Assembly (NCBI GenBank): GCA_002011125.2
Contig: MTMF02000009.1
Span: 1,320,989 to 1,384,988, forward strand
Length of the DNA stretch: 64,000 nt
Source: Candidatus Hydrothermarchaeum profundi
GTDB lineage: Archaea > Hydrothermarchaeota > Hydrothermarchaeia > Hydrothermarchaeales > Hydrothermarchaeaceae
Direction: 5' to 3'
Each line of letters starts with the position of its first letter. The first letter of the stretch is position 1. Shown here piece after piece: positions 19,921 to 28,321 of the stretch. The notes below the pieces were generated by a model, which saw only the letters and a program-made list of their open reading frames with translations, was not told the origin of the DNA and made no database searches. The translations under genes were made by a program, and so were the position numbers.

Positions 19921-20162
19921 TGAGAGAGAGGATATCAATTGGTAAGCTAGTTCTATTCATCCTCTTTTATGTGATAATGGCTATCTCTATCCTCCAGGTG
20001 AGATGGTACCAACCTACTGAAATTCCTAGAACGTCGACTGCACTGTTAGGGAAGGTGATATTCAATCTACAAGGTTTTGTCATACCATTTGAAATACTTT
20101 CATTAGTGTTACTTGCAGCAATGATAGGGGCAGTTTATATAGCAAAGGAGGAGGTTAAATGA
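19917..20162 (+). CDS. fpoJ2: Complex I-like subunit J, C-terminal half
   Basis: PFEILSLVLLAAMIGAV. Confidence 0.9.
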   Translation: MMRERISIGKLVLFILFYVIMAISILQVRWYQPTEIPRTSTALLGKVIFNLQGFVIPFEILSLVLLAAMIGAVYIAKEEVK

Positions 20163-20461
20163 TTCCTTTATCATACTATCTCACTTTGTCGGCTATACTC
20201 TTTAGCATTGGAGTATATGGAGTAATCTCTCGGAGAAACCCTATAAGAATCTTAATGGCAATTGAGATAATGATAAATGCTGCTAATATTAATCTCGCCG
20301 CATTTTCAGCCTATACCCTAGATATTTCTGGGCAGGTGCTAGTGACTTTCTCTATAGCGATAGCTGCTGCTGAGGCCGCGATCGGATTGGCGATATTCCT
20401 CGCCATATATCGTATGTACGGAAATGTTGATATCGAGAAGATAAACTTCATGAGGTGGTGA
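20159..20461 (+). CDS. fpoK: Complex I-like subunit K
   Basis: IEIMINAANIN, AAAEAAIGLA. Confidence 0.95.
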   Translation: MIPLSYYLTLSAILFSIGVYGVISRRNPIRILMAIEIMINAANINLAAFSAYTLDISGQVLVTFSIAIAAAEAAIGLAIFLAIYRMYGNVDIEKINFMRW

Positions 20462-20462
20462 A

Positions 20463-22451
20463 GTGACGTTCGTAGAAAATGCTTATTTAATACCTCTTTT
20501 GCCGATTTCAGGATTCATATTTGAAATGTTCTTAGGAAAGTATAGTTGGAGGAGGGGGGGCATATTTGCAAATCTTCTCATCGCTGGATCTCTAATTATT
20601 TCATTAGGCACTCTCTACGAAGTTTATTTTGCAGGGGTACCTTTCTATGAGCATTCATGGGAATGGTTTTTCCCAGGTATTGTCCTCGGAATAATCGTAG
20701 ACCCTCTCTCCATAGTTATGGTTAGTATGGTGTCTTTTGTGGGGCTATTAATCCACATATTTGCTTTAGGTTACATGGCTGAGGATCCAGATAAGCATGT
20801 CTACTTTGCAGAAACTTCTCTTTTTACTGGGGCGATGCTTGGGTTAGTGCTTTCCAATAACTTCCTTCAACTTTTCATCTTTTGGGAAATGGTAGGACTA
20901 TGTTCTTACCTCTTAATTGGATTTTGGTGGCATAAACCAGAAGCTGCTGCAGCAGCAAAGAAAGCTTGGATGTTTTGCTCTATAGGAGACTTCCTTTTCT
21001 TACTTGGTATAGTGATAACATATAATTTTATGTTTACAGCTCCGGGAGTAACCGAGCCATTGACATTCTCTCAGATATTCACTCACTTGGAGTCAGGAGT
21101 AATACCCGCAGGAGCATTAACACTAATCTGCATATTAATTTTGGCAGGAGTGGCTGGAAAAAGCGCTCAGTTCCCTCTTCATGGATGGATTCCCGATGCT
21201 ATGGAAGGTCCAACAACGGTTTCAGCCCTTATCCATGCTGCAACCATGGTTACTGCGGGGATATATCTAGTGGCAAGGACTTTCCCGATTTTCTTCGCTG
21301 CACCTAATGCCCTTTGGATTGTCGCCCTGCTTGGAGGATTTACAGCTTTGCTGGCTGCTACCATGGGGCTAGTAGTGAACGACTTAAAAAGAGTACTTGC
21401 TTATTCTACTATATCGCAGCTGGGCTATATGCTCTGTATGTTGGGTGTTGGTGCCGCGGTTGGAGCCGTTGCGGTCGGATACTCTATGTTTCATCTGATA
21501 AGTCATGCATTTTTTAAGGCGCTTTTATTCCTCTGTTCAGCATCGATTCTTCATGGACTATGGAATCTCAGGGACATAAAAGAGATGGGAGGACTATTTT
21601 CTCATATGCGTATCGCTGGTATCACAATGTTAGTTGGTTCATTAGCGTTAGCGGGTTTCCCTTTAACATCGGGGTTCTTTAGTAAAGATAAGATAATAGA
21701 GTCAGCATATGAATATGGGGTAACTCATAACAGTGTTATCGCATACTTACCGTGGTTCTTTTTAGTCTTTGGAGTATTACTTACCGCTACATACACATTT
21801 AGAGCATATTTCCTAGTGTTCACCGGAGAGCCACGTAGCCATCTCGCTAAACATCCTCATGAGCCAGGACTATTCTCGTTTATAAATATCCCTCTTGTAA
21901 TCCTAGCGATATTCGCGTTGATATTCGGAGTACTCGCGCAGTCGAGTTTTTACGATTTCCTTGCAAAAACCTTCACTACCGATACACCCTATATGGAAGC
22001 ATTAAACTTTGAGCACTTGGCAGAAATAAGCGGCATACACATGGCGCATGAAAATGCTCATGTTCCTGCGTATATAGTTTGGCTACCTACCGTATTAGCG
22101 TTAGCAGGAATAGGAATAGCGGCTCTATTATATTATAATACCCGCGTGGACGTAGGTAAGTTCATAACAGCTAGGAATCCTCTCTATAGACTTCTTTGGA
22201 ACAAGTACTATCTAGACTATATTTATAAGGATATTATCGCTGAAAAGATCTATATAACGCTAATGACATTCTGGGATGCCTTTGATCTATATGTGATTGA
22301 TGGAGTTGTCAATGGGATTTCATGGGTTACAGTAAAGGTTGGTGGAGTAATAAGAAAGATACAAACGGGGGTAATACAGACTTATGCTACATCTGTTATA
22401 ATAGGGGTTGTTGCTCTAGTGATAGTACTGAAGATTTGGGGGGTGGCGTGA
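20463..22451 (+). CDS. fpoL: Complex I-like antiporter subunit L
   Basis: WEMVGLCSYLLIGFW, KSAQFPLHGWIPDAMEGPTTVSALIHAATMV. Confidence 0.96.
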   Translation: MTFVENAYLIPLLPISGFIFEMFLGKYSWRRGGIFANLLIAGSLIISLGTLYEVYFAGVPFYEHSWEWFFPGIVLGIIVDPLSIVMVSMVSFVGLLIHIFALGYMAEDPDKHVYFAETSLFTGAMLGLVLSNNFLQLFIFWEMVGLCSYLLIGFWWHKPEAAAAAKKAWMFCSIGDFLFLLGIVITYNFMFTAPGVTEPLTFSQIFTHLESGVIPAGALTLICILILAGVAGKSAQFPLHGWIPDAMEGPTTVSALIHAATMVTAGIYLVARTFPIFFAAPNALWIVALLGGFTALLAATMGLVVNDLKRVLAYSTISQLGYMLCMLGVGAAVGAVAVGYSMFHLISHAFFKALLFLCSASILHGLWNLRDIKEMGGLFSHMRIAGITMLVGSLALAGFPLTSGFFSKDKIIESAYEYGVTHNSVIAYLPWFFLVFGVLLTATYTFRAYFLVFTGEPRSHLAKHPHEPGLFSFINIPLVILAIFALIFGVLAQSSFYDFLAKTFTTDTPYMEALNFEHLAEISGIHMAHENAHVPAYIVWLPTVLALAGIGIAALLYYNTRVDVGKFITARNPLYRLLWNKYYLDYIYKDIIAEKIYITLMTFWDAFDLYVIDGVVNGISWVTVKVGGVIRKIQTGVIQTYATSVIIGVVALVIVLKIWGVA

Positions 22452-23963
22452 ATGTACATTTCGTCCATTCTCCTAGTTCTTTTTATAGGCTCGGTAATCG
22501 CATTTTTAACTAGGACTAGAGAGCAGGCGAGAGTTGTAGCTGTTGTGTCTTCTTGGTTAGCTCTTTTGATATCCATTATGATGTTTATTCAGTATGATCC
22601 TAATAAAGGGCTAAGTAACTTCGAGGAACTTTACTCTTGGATCCCCTCAATAGGAATAAGCTATCATGTGGGTGTTGATGGAGTCGGTATGCCAATGGTA
22701 TTATTGAGCACTCTCATTTCTGCCTTCTGTGCTATATATTCTTGGGGAGAAAATAGAAGGCCTAATCAATTCTTTGCTCTCTTACTTCTCATGGACCTAG
22801 CTTTGGTCGGGGTATTTGTATCTCTTGACTTTTTCCTGTTCTTCATTTTCTGGGAGTTGACTCTAATACCGATGTTCTTTTTGATCGGTATTTGGGGAGG
22901 GCCTAGGAAAGACTATTCTGCTATTAAGTTCATAATTTACACACATGTTGGAAGCGTGGTAATGCTTCTAGGTATATTTGCAATGTATACTTTCCATGGC
23001 ATGGCTACTGGAAACTATACTTTTGATATTCCCACTCTTCTAAATGCCTATGGTACAATTCCTCTCTCACCATTTTGGAGAGAATTCATTTTTGCTGCGT
23101 TGCTATTAGGTTTCTTGATAAAAATGCCAGCAGTACCCTTTCACACATGGCTTCCTGATGCTCACGTTGAGGCTCCGACGGTTGGATCTATAATCTTAGC
23201 AGGGGTTTTGTTGAAAATGGGAGGCTATGGCTTATTTAGATTTTTAGTGCCTATGATTCCGTACGCTTCATCTAAGTTCATACTAGTGATCGCAATTCTC
23301 GGACTAATTAGCATACTTTATAGCCCAATAGCTGCGATAGCCCAACCAGATATCAAAAAACTTATCGCTTTTTCAAGTATTGGGCATATGGGCTTTATAT
23401 CGGTTGGTGTAGCAGCTAGTCTCGCATCAGGCCATGAAATCTCTAGGATATTCGCCTCTACAGGTGCTATGTTCCAGCTATTTGCTCATGGAATAATCAC
23501 CGCTGTTCTTTTCGGGTCGGCAGGCGCTATTGAACATCATACTGGTACGAGGATCATCATGGACTTGGGGGGCCTTGCCAAAAAAATGCCTAAATTCACA
23601 TTTTTAATGGTTGCAGGATTCTTCGCTTCTATGGGATTTCCGGGGATGGTTGGGTTTATTGCTGAGTTCTCTATACTTGCAGGATCTTATCCTCAGCTAC
23701 CATGGGTTGTGATTCTCGCGGTTATCAGTATACCTCTTACTGCGGCTTATCACTTGTGGGCTCTCCAGAGGGCTATGTTTGGACCCTATAACGAGTATCT
23801 CGGAGATGTTCATGAAATTACGTGGTATGAGCTATTAGCTTTAGGCAGTTGGGTTATTTTGATTATTCTACTTGGGGTCTATCCTATGCCTTTATTTGAT
23901 ATGATGAAGGCAACAACGGTAGACTTACTCTCAAACTTACCAGCGGGAGGTATAGTCCCATGA
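22452..23963 (+). CDS. fpoM: Complex I-like antiporter subunit M
   Basis: FWELTLIPM, PFHTWLPDAHVEAPT, LLKMGGYG. Confidence 0.96.
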   Translation: MYISSILLVLFIGSVIAFLTRTREQARVVAVVSSWLALLISIMMFIQYDPNKGLSNFEELYSWIPSIGISYHVGVDGVGMPMVLLSTLISAFCAIYSWGENRRPNQFFALLLLMDLALVGVFVSLDFFLFFIFWELTLIPMFFLIGIWGGPRKDYSAIKFIIYTHVGSVVMLLGIFAMYTFHGMATGNYTFDIPTLLNAYGTIPLSPFWREFIFAALLLGFLIKMPAVPFHTWLPDAHVEAPTVGSIILAGVLLKMGGYGLFRFLVPMIPYASSKFILVIAILGLISILYSPIAAIAQPDIKKLIAFSSIGHMGFISVGVAASLASGHEISRIFASTGAMFQLFAHGIITAVLFGSAGAIEHHTGTRIIMDLGGLAKKMPKFTFLMVAGFFASMGFPGMVGFIAEFSILAGSYPQLPWVVILAVISIPLTAAYHLWALQRAMFGPYNEYLGDVHEITWYELLALGSWVILIILLGVYPMPLFDMMKATTVDLLSNLPAGGIVP

Positions 23964-25408
23964 GCTATGTACTTTTGCTGCCTGAATTGTTGCTTGTTGT
24001 TGTTTCGTTAGGTATAGTTATATTAGGGTTATTCATGAAGAAAGAGCACAAAAAGATTTTAGGTTATCTTTCTATCTTAGCACTATTAGCTGCCTTATCA
24101 GTTGTTCTGGGGACTTTTAACATAAGTTCCACATTTTTATATAATGCTTTTGTGGTTGATAAGCTAGCACAGTTTTTCAATGTTTTATTCTTATCAGTTG
24201 GAATACTAGTATGTATCGCGTCTTTAAAGTACTATGAGAACCATCCAAATCAAGATGAATATTTCTCTCTGATACTTATGGCTACGGTTGGTATGATGAC
24301 TGTGGCAATGGCTAATGACCTTATAACTCTTTTTGTGGGATTCGAGTTGGCAAGTATCTCGACTTATATCTTAGCGGGCTTTGATAAAGACAAACGTACC
24401 TTAGAGGCGACTATGAAATATTTCATCATTGGAGCACTTTCGTCGTCACTTCTTCTATTTGGTATCTCACTCATATATGGATTGACGGGTTCTACTAATC
24501 TAACCGCTATCTCTACTACTCTTGTTTCTTCTCCTGTCGCTACAGTGGCGATGATTCTGATACTAGCGGGCTTTGGATTCAAGATGTCTCTAGTACCTTT
24601 CCATATGTGGGCTCCAGATACTTATGAAGGTGCGCCCTCTGTTGTATCAGCCTTCTTAGCCGCGGGATCTAAGAAGATGGGTTTCATAGCAGCCTTTAGG
24701 GTTTTCATAGTTGCCTTAGTTGCAATAAGACTGGAATGGTATCTTCCCTTTGCTATACTGGCGGTAATCACTATGACATTGGGAAACGTTGTTGCGATAG
24801 TTCAGGGAAACATAAAGCGTATGCTAGCATATTCAAGTGTTGCACATGCTGGTTATATAGCCATAGCTTTCGTTGTGGTTTCAAAATCACCTTTGGTAGC
24901 TCAGCAGGCTGTCGCAGGCGGAATTTTGCACGCTTTATCTCATGCTATAGCAACAGCTGGAGCTTTTCTCGTAACATCTTTCGTGGCATCCGTGATCCTT
25001 TTAAACGGAGGTAGTAGAGGCGAAGAAATTGAAAGTTATTCTGGTCTCGGAAGATCTGCTCCGATTACTGCGTTGATGATGGCCTTCTTGTTGGGTTCTC
25101 TTGCGGGGATTCCGCCCACTTTTGGATTTTACAGTAAGTTTGTTCTGTTTTTATCTGCTATTAGAGGAGACCTCCTATGGCTTGCTATTATAGCGGTTCT
25201 TAACTCTGCTTTATCAGTTTATTATTATATCCGGGTTGTAATGAAAATGTATTGGGGGGAGCCTATCGTAGGGAAAGTAGAGGAGCCTAAACATTATGTA
25301 GTCGCATTAGCGTTAGCAGCTCTGGGCGTTATAATATTAGGTGTTTATCCTTCTAAAATATATGACCTCGCTTTGTCAGCTGCTAATAACTTGCTAGGGG
25401 GTCTGTAA
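23960..25408 (+). CDS. fpoN: Complex I-like antiporter subunit N
   Basis: EATMKYF, FKMSLVPFHMWAPDTYEGAP, KRMLAYSS. Confidence 0.96.
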   Translation: MSYVLLLPELLLVVVSLGIVILGLFMKKEHKKILGYLSILALLAALSVVLGTFNISSTFLYNAFVVDKLAQFFNVLFLSVGILVCIASLKYYENHPNQDEYFSLILMATVGMMTVAMANDLITLFVGFELASISTYILAGFDKDKRTLEATMKYFIIGALSSSLLLFGISLIYGLTGSTNLTAISTTLVSSPVATVAMILILAGFGFKMSLVPFHMWAPDTYEGAPSVVSAFLAAGSKKMGFIAAFRVFIVALVAIRLEWYLPFAILAVITMTLGNVVAIVQGNIKRMLAYSSVAHAGYIAIAFVVVSKSPLVAQQAVAGGILHALSHAIATAGAFLVTSFVASVILLNGGSRGEEIESYSGLGRSAPITALMMAFLLGSLAGIPPTFGFYSKFVLFLSAIRGDLLWLAIIAVLNSALSVYYYIRVVMKMYWGEPIVGKVEEPKHYVVALALAALGVIILGVYPSKIYDLALSAANNLLGGL

Positions 25409-25409
25409 A

Positions 25410-25826
25410 ATGCTTAAGGAGGCTTTCTATAGAAGGATGATAGATGCTAACACTCTTAGAGCACAATTTGAAACTATCTATGGCGACGTAGACCTAGTAG
25501 TAAACGTTCTGCAAAACTGTGTAAAATATGGTGAGAAACTTAAATCTATAGCAAAAAGGAAGGAAGACGAAGACATGGCAAACGCTGCTATTGAAAGTAA
25601 CACTGCAATGCTATCAGCTATAAAAGGCGAAATATCAGTTGCGGAATTCAAAAAGAAAATGTGGGAGCTTGAGGAACGTTATCCTGAGTATTTCCAAAGA
25701 GGAAGGAGGGATATAGGCACCTCGAAAGATAATGTGAAAGCCATAATTCATAGGATAGAGTATATGATAGATAGATATGATGTCAGGTATCCAAGCTATG
25801 ATCGACATAGGTGCAATGATGCCTAA
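25410..25826 (+). CDS. Hypothetical soluble protein, coupled to fpoN
   Basis: 138-aa ORF starting 1 nt after the fpoN stop. Confidence 0.8.
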   Translation: MLKEAFYRRMIDANTLRAQFETIYGDVDLVVNVLQNCVKYGEKLKSIAKRKEDEDMANAAIESNTAMLSAIKGEISVAEFKKKMWELEERYPEYFQRGRRDIGTSKDNVKAIIHRIEYMIDRYDVRYPSYDRHRCNDA

Positions 25827-26097
25827 GGTGGTAGAGATGAGGGAACAGATTAAGGAATGTATTGAAGAGTTTGAAAAGGAAAAGACGGAGGTGGCAGCTG
25901 CTAGGCTTATCATATGTTTATATAATAACAAGGAAACTATTTACTGGGATGATGATCTAAAGAGGTTAAAATGCGCTGCAGAGGTTCATGATGAAAAGTG
26001 GGCTCCGTTAATGGAGGAGATAACTAAAGTCCTAGGGATAAAAAATAGGGATGAATACATTAAAATTAAAAACAAGTATAATTTAACGCAATACTAA
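25816..26097 (+). CDS. Hypothetical soluble protein, last gene of fpo-like operon
   Basis: Overlaps previous stop, SD AGGTG before ATG 25816, followed by T-run. Confidence 0.75.
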   Translation: MMPKVVEMREQIKECIEEFEKEKTEVAAARLIICLYNNKETIYWDDDLKRLKCAAEVHDEKWAPLMEEITKVLGIKNRDEYIKIKNKYNLTQY

Positions 26098-26102
26098 TTT
26101 TT

Positions 26103-26172
26103 AGTGGGAGGGGTGCCTGCGGGGGCGTTACTAAAATAAGTATTTATCCCGCAGGCAAGTGGGAGGGAGATC
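26103..26172 (-). ncRNA. Putative small RNA A: CCCUCCCA - hairpin - CCCCUCCCAC
   Basis: Stem GCCTGCGGG/CCCGCAGGC (26115-26123/26148-26156) flanked by C-rich motifs; own promoter CGAAAGA-TTTATAC at ~26208-26195; paralog of the next unit. Confidence 0.6.
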
Positions 26173-26209
26173 TTTGCTTTTTTGTATAAGTGCTGTATAA
26201 ATCTTTCGG

Positions 26210-26279
26210 AAAGTGGGGAGGGGGCCTGTAAGACATTTAAAAATAGGTCTTTGTCTTACAGGCGTATGGGGAGGGTAAT
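26210..26279 (-). ncRNA. Putative small RNA B: CCCUCCCCA - hairpin - CCCCUCCCCAC
   Basis: 12-bp stem GCCTGTAAGACA/TGTCTTACAGGC (26224-26235/26252-26263); promoter GGAAAAA-TTTATAAA with TATA at 26307-26300. Confidence 0.6.
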
Positions 26280-26356
26280 AATCCATGAAATTTATATCAT
26301 TTATAAATTTTTCCCTATTTCTGGTTTTATTTTTAATGTAGTGATACTACTCTGAG

Positions 26357-27196
26357 TTATAAATTATTGTTTGAAAGGGCATTTAGCATTGTGGTAAACG
26401 TAAAAACGCAAAATTTTGAAATGTCCTTTTCGCTTATAATTCCAACGACTCTACCTCTATCTATAATTGGAAGCCGTCTAATATTGCGTATATTAAATAA
26501 TCTACTAGCATCTCTGATGGACTTTTGAGGTTCTATGGAAGTATGGAGAGGTGTATGTATAATACCTATCATTACATCCTCTGGTGGTAAGGCCTTAGCT
26601 ACGACTTTTTTCAATACATCTCTCTCAGTTGCGATGCCGTATTTCCCCTCTGCGACTTCAACAATTACTTCTCCTACTCCTTTTTCCTTCATTAGTTTAG
26701 AAGAGTCTAATACAGAGGTTTCGGGGTTTTCAATAATTGCATCATGCATGATCTGTGACACTTTACATTCAAGGCTTCTAGCATGTTCTTTACACGTCTC
26801 TGAAAGGATTTGTATGGACTCATCATACAGGAAGATATTGTATCTAGCGACATCTTTGTTGTCTAATATACCCACGATAGTTCCCTTATCTACTACTGGC
26901 AACCTTCTAATATCGTAAAGATTAAAAAGCTGACAGGCACGTCTAACGTCTCTCTGAGCCTCTATAGTACGTAGTTCAATGCTCATGATTTCTTCCGCTT
27001 TGGTTTGAAGGAAGTCTTTATTTTTAGATACTACCTTGTATAGAATATCTCGCTCTGTGACAATACCAAAATCTTTATCTCCGCGATCTACTAGTACAGC
27101 TCCAGCATTTCCTTCGTCCATCAGTTTAGCGACTTCTAGTACGGAGGCATAAGGTTTTACAACTATTGGGGGATACATTAGTTCTCTGATTTCCAT
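26357..27196 (-). CDS. Protein with four CBS domains (two Bateman modules)
   Basis: Repeated GIVTERDIL/GIATERDVL, IRRLPV/IRRLPI, GIL/GII motifs. Confidence 0.9.
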   Translation of the reverse strand: MEIRELMYPPIVVKPYASVLEVAKLMDEGNAGAVLVDRGDKDFGIVTERDILYKVVSKNKDFLQTKAEEIMSIELRTIEAQRDVRRACQLFNLYDIRRLPVVDKGTIVGILDNKDVARYNIFLYDESIQILSETCKEHARSLECKVSQIMHDAIIENPETSVLDSSKLMKEKGVGEVIVEVAEGKYGIATERDVLKKVVAKALPPEDVMIGIIHTPLHTSIEPQKSIRDASRLFNIRNIRRLPIIDRGRVVGIISEKDISKFCVFTFTTMLNALSNNNL

Positions 27197-27408
27197 TATC
27201 TTCCCTTCTTACTCCTAGTATCAATTTAGATTATTAACATTCCGAAGAAATCAGGAATTTATCGAGTTAGATTTTTCAAAAAGTATATGGACTATATAAT
27301 TATTCAATAAATTGCTATATTTTATGAATTATAATACGAATATATGATGTATTATTGAATATCAGTACAAAAATTGTTTAAGTCATTAACTTTCTAGTAA
27401 GAAATTAA

Positions 27409-27487
27409 AAAGGCAAAGGCGGGTGTCGCCCCCCTCACCTCTTGGTACACCTCCTAACTACCTCTTGTTTTTCCCGCCTTTGCCTTT
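27409..27487. ncRNA. Putative structured RNA: 15-bp perfect stem enclosing three ACCUC (or GAGGU) motifs
   Basis: AAAGGCAAAGGCGGG (27409-27423) / CCCGCCTTTGCCTTT (27473-27487); 49-nt loop with TCACCTC, ACACCTCCT, TACCTC; TATA-like boxes ~30 nt outside on both sides. Confidence 0.55.
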
Positions 27488-27530
27488 ACTCCTTTTATAA
27501 GAGTCTAATTATAAAAATATTTTTTTAGCT

Positions 27531-27722
27531 GTGAGAGTAGTGTTGGGTATACTTCTATTTTTTCCCTATTTTTACGTTATGATTATAAATATAGATACAA
27601 ATTTATTTAGCATAGAGGCAATGGTGGGGACTGCTTTGGGGATACTCCTCTCCTTCCTCATATGTTCCTATTATAATTCTCCTACCGTTGCCTCCTCTCC
27701 TCTCCATCCTATTTTTGATTGA
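27531..27722 (+). CDS. Possible small two-TM membrane protein
   Basis: 63-aa GTG-start ORF with two hydrophobic stretches; no recognisable family. Confidence 0.35.
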   Translation: MRVVLGILLFFPYFYVMIINIDTNLFSIEAMVGTALGILLSFLICSYYNSPTVASSPLHPIFD

Positions 27723-27750
27723 AGTTCAGATTTGTTAAGTTGATGAAAAG

Positions 27751-27823
27751 CGCCGCCGGTCAGACTCGAACTGACGACCACGTGGTTAACAGCCACGCGC
27801 TCTACCTACTGAGCTACGGCGGC
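27751..27823 (-). tRNA. tRNA-Asn (GUU)
   Basis: GCCGCCGTAGCTCAG...CGTGG-CT[GTT]AA-CCACG...TTCGAGT...CGGCGGCG cloverleaf. Confidence 0.96.
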
Positions 27824-27922
27824 ATATCTGTAGGACGTGAATTACCGTCTAAAAGTATCGACAATCGCACATTTCTAAATCTAGTGAAATAAAAATATTA
27901 CGATTACTTGACTATCATGCTA

Positions 27923-28321
27923 TTACTCTTTTTTTAGATAATAGTAGACAGTTGTTAAAGGTATTCCTAGCTCGTCGCTTATTTCCTTTGCAGAGTATCC
28001 CTTGTCTTCTAGCTCGTAAACTTTCTCAATCTTCCAATTAGGGTGTGATCTAGGCCTGCCAGGTGTGAGTAGAAAGGCTTCAAAATTTACTCCTATCTTT
28101 GCTAATGCTTCTCTTATTTTTTTTGGAGTCCTTTCATATAGGCTTGGGGGGCAGGTGATTGTTTTTACGTTTGGTGCGGCTGTCAGTATAGATGCCAGAA
28201 TATTTATCGTGGGTCTCACGCTTAGATGGACTTTCTTCGTGGTTTCATCTAACTTGCGGTTTATTTCTTCGATTAAGACATCTTTTTGACTAGACCTTAG
28301 TACTACTACTTCTTTCATCAT
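27923..28321 (-). CDS. DUF1699-like protein with C-terminal HTH
   Basis: VHLSVRPT, CPPSLYE, then GYSAKEISDELGIPLTTVYYY HTH. Confidence 0.7.
   Translation of the reverse strand: MMKEVVVLRSSQKDVLIEEINRKLDETTKKVHLSVRPTINILASILTAAPNVKTITCPPSLYERTPKKIREALAKIGVNFEAFLLTPGRPRSHPNWKIEKVYELEDKGYSAKEISDELGIPLTTVYYYLKKE

Noticed and set aside
26103-26279. Interpreting the GGGAGGG repeats as a mini CRISPR array or simple terminators
   Set aside because: Repeats are only ~9-11 nt, the 'spacers' are self-complementary hairpins, no cas genes are present, and each unit has its own promoter
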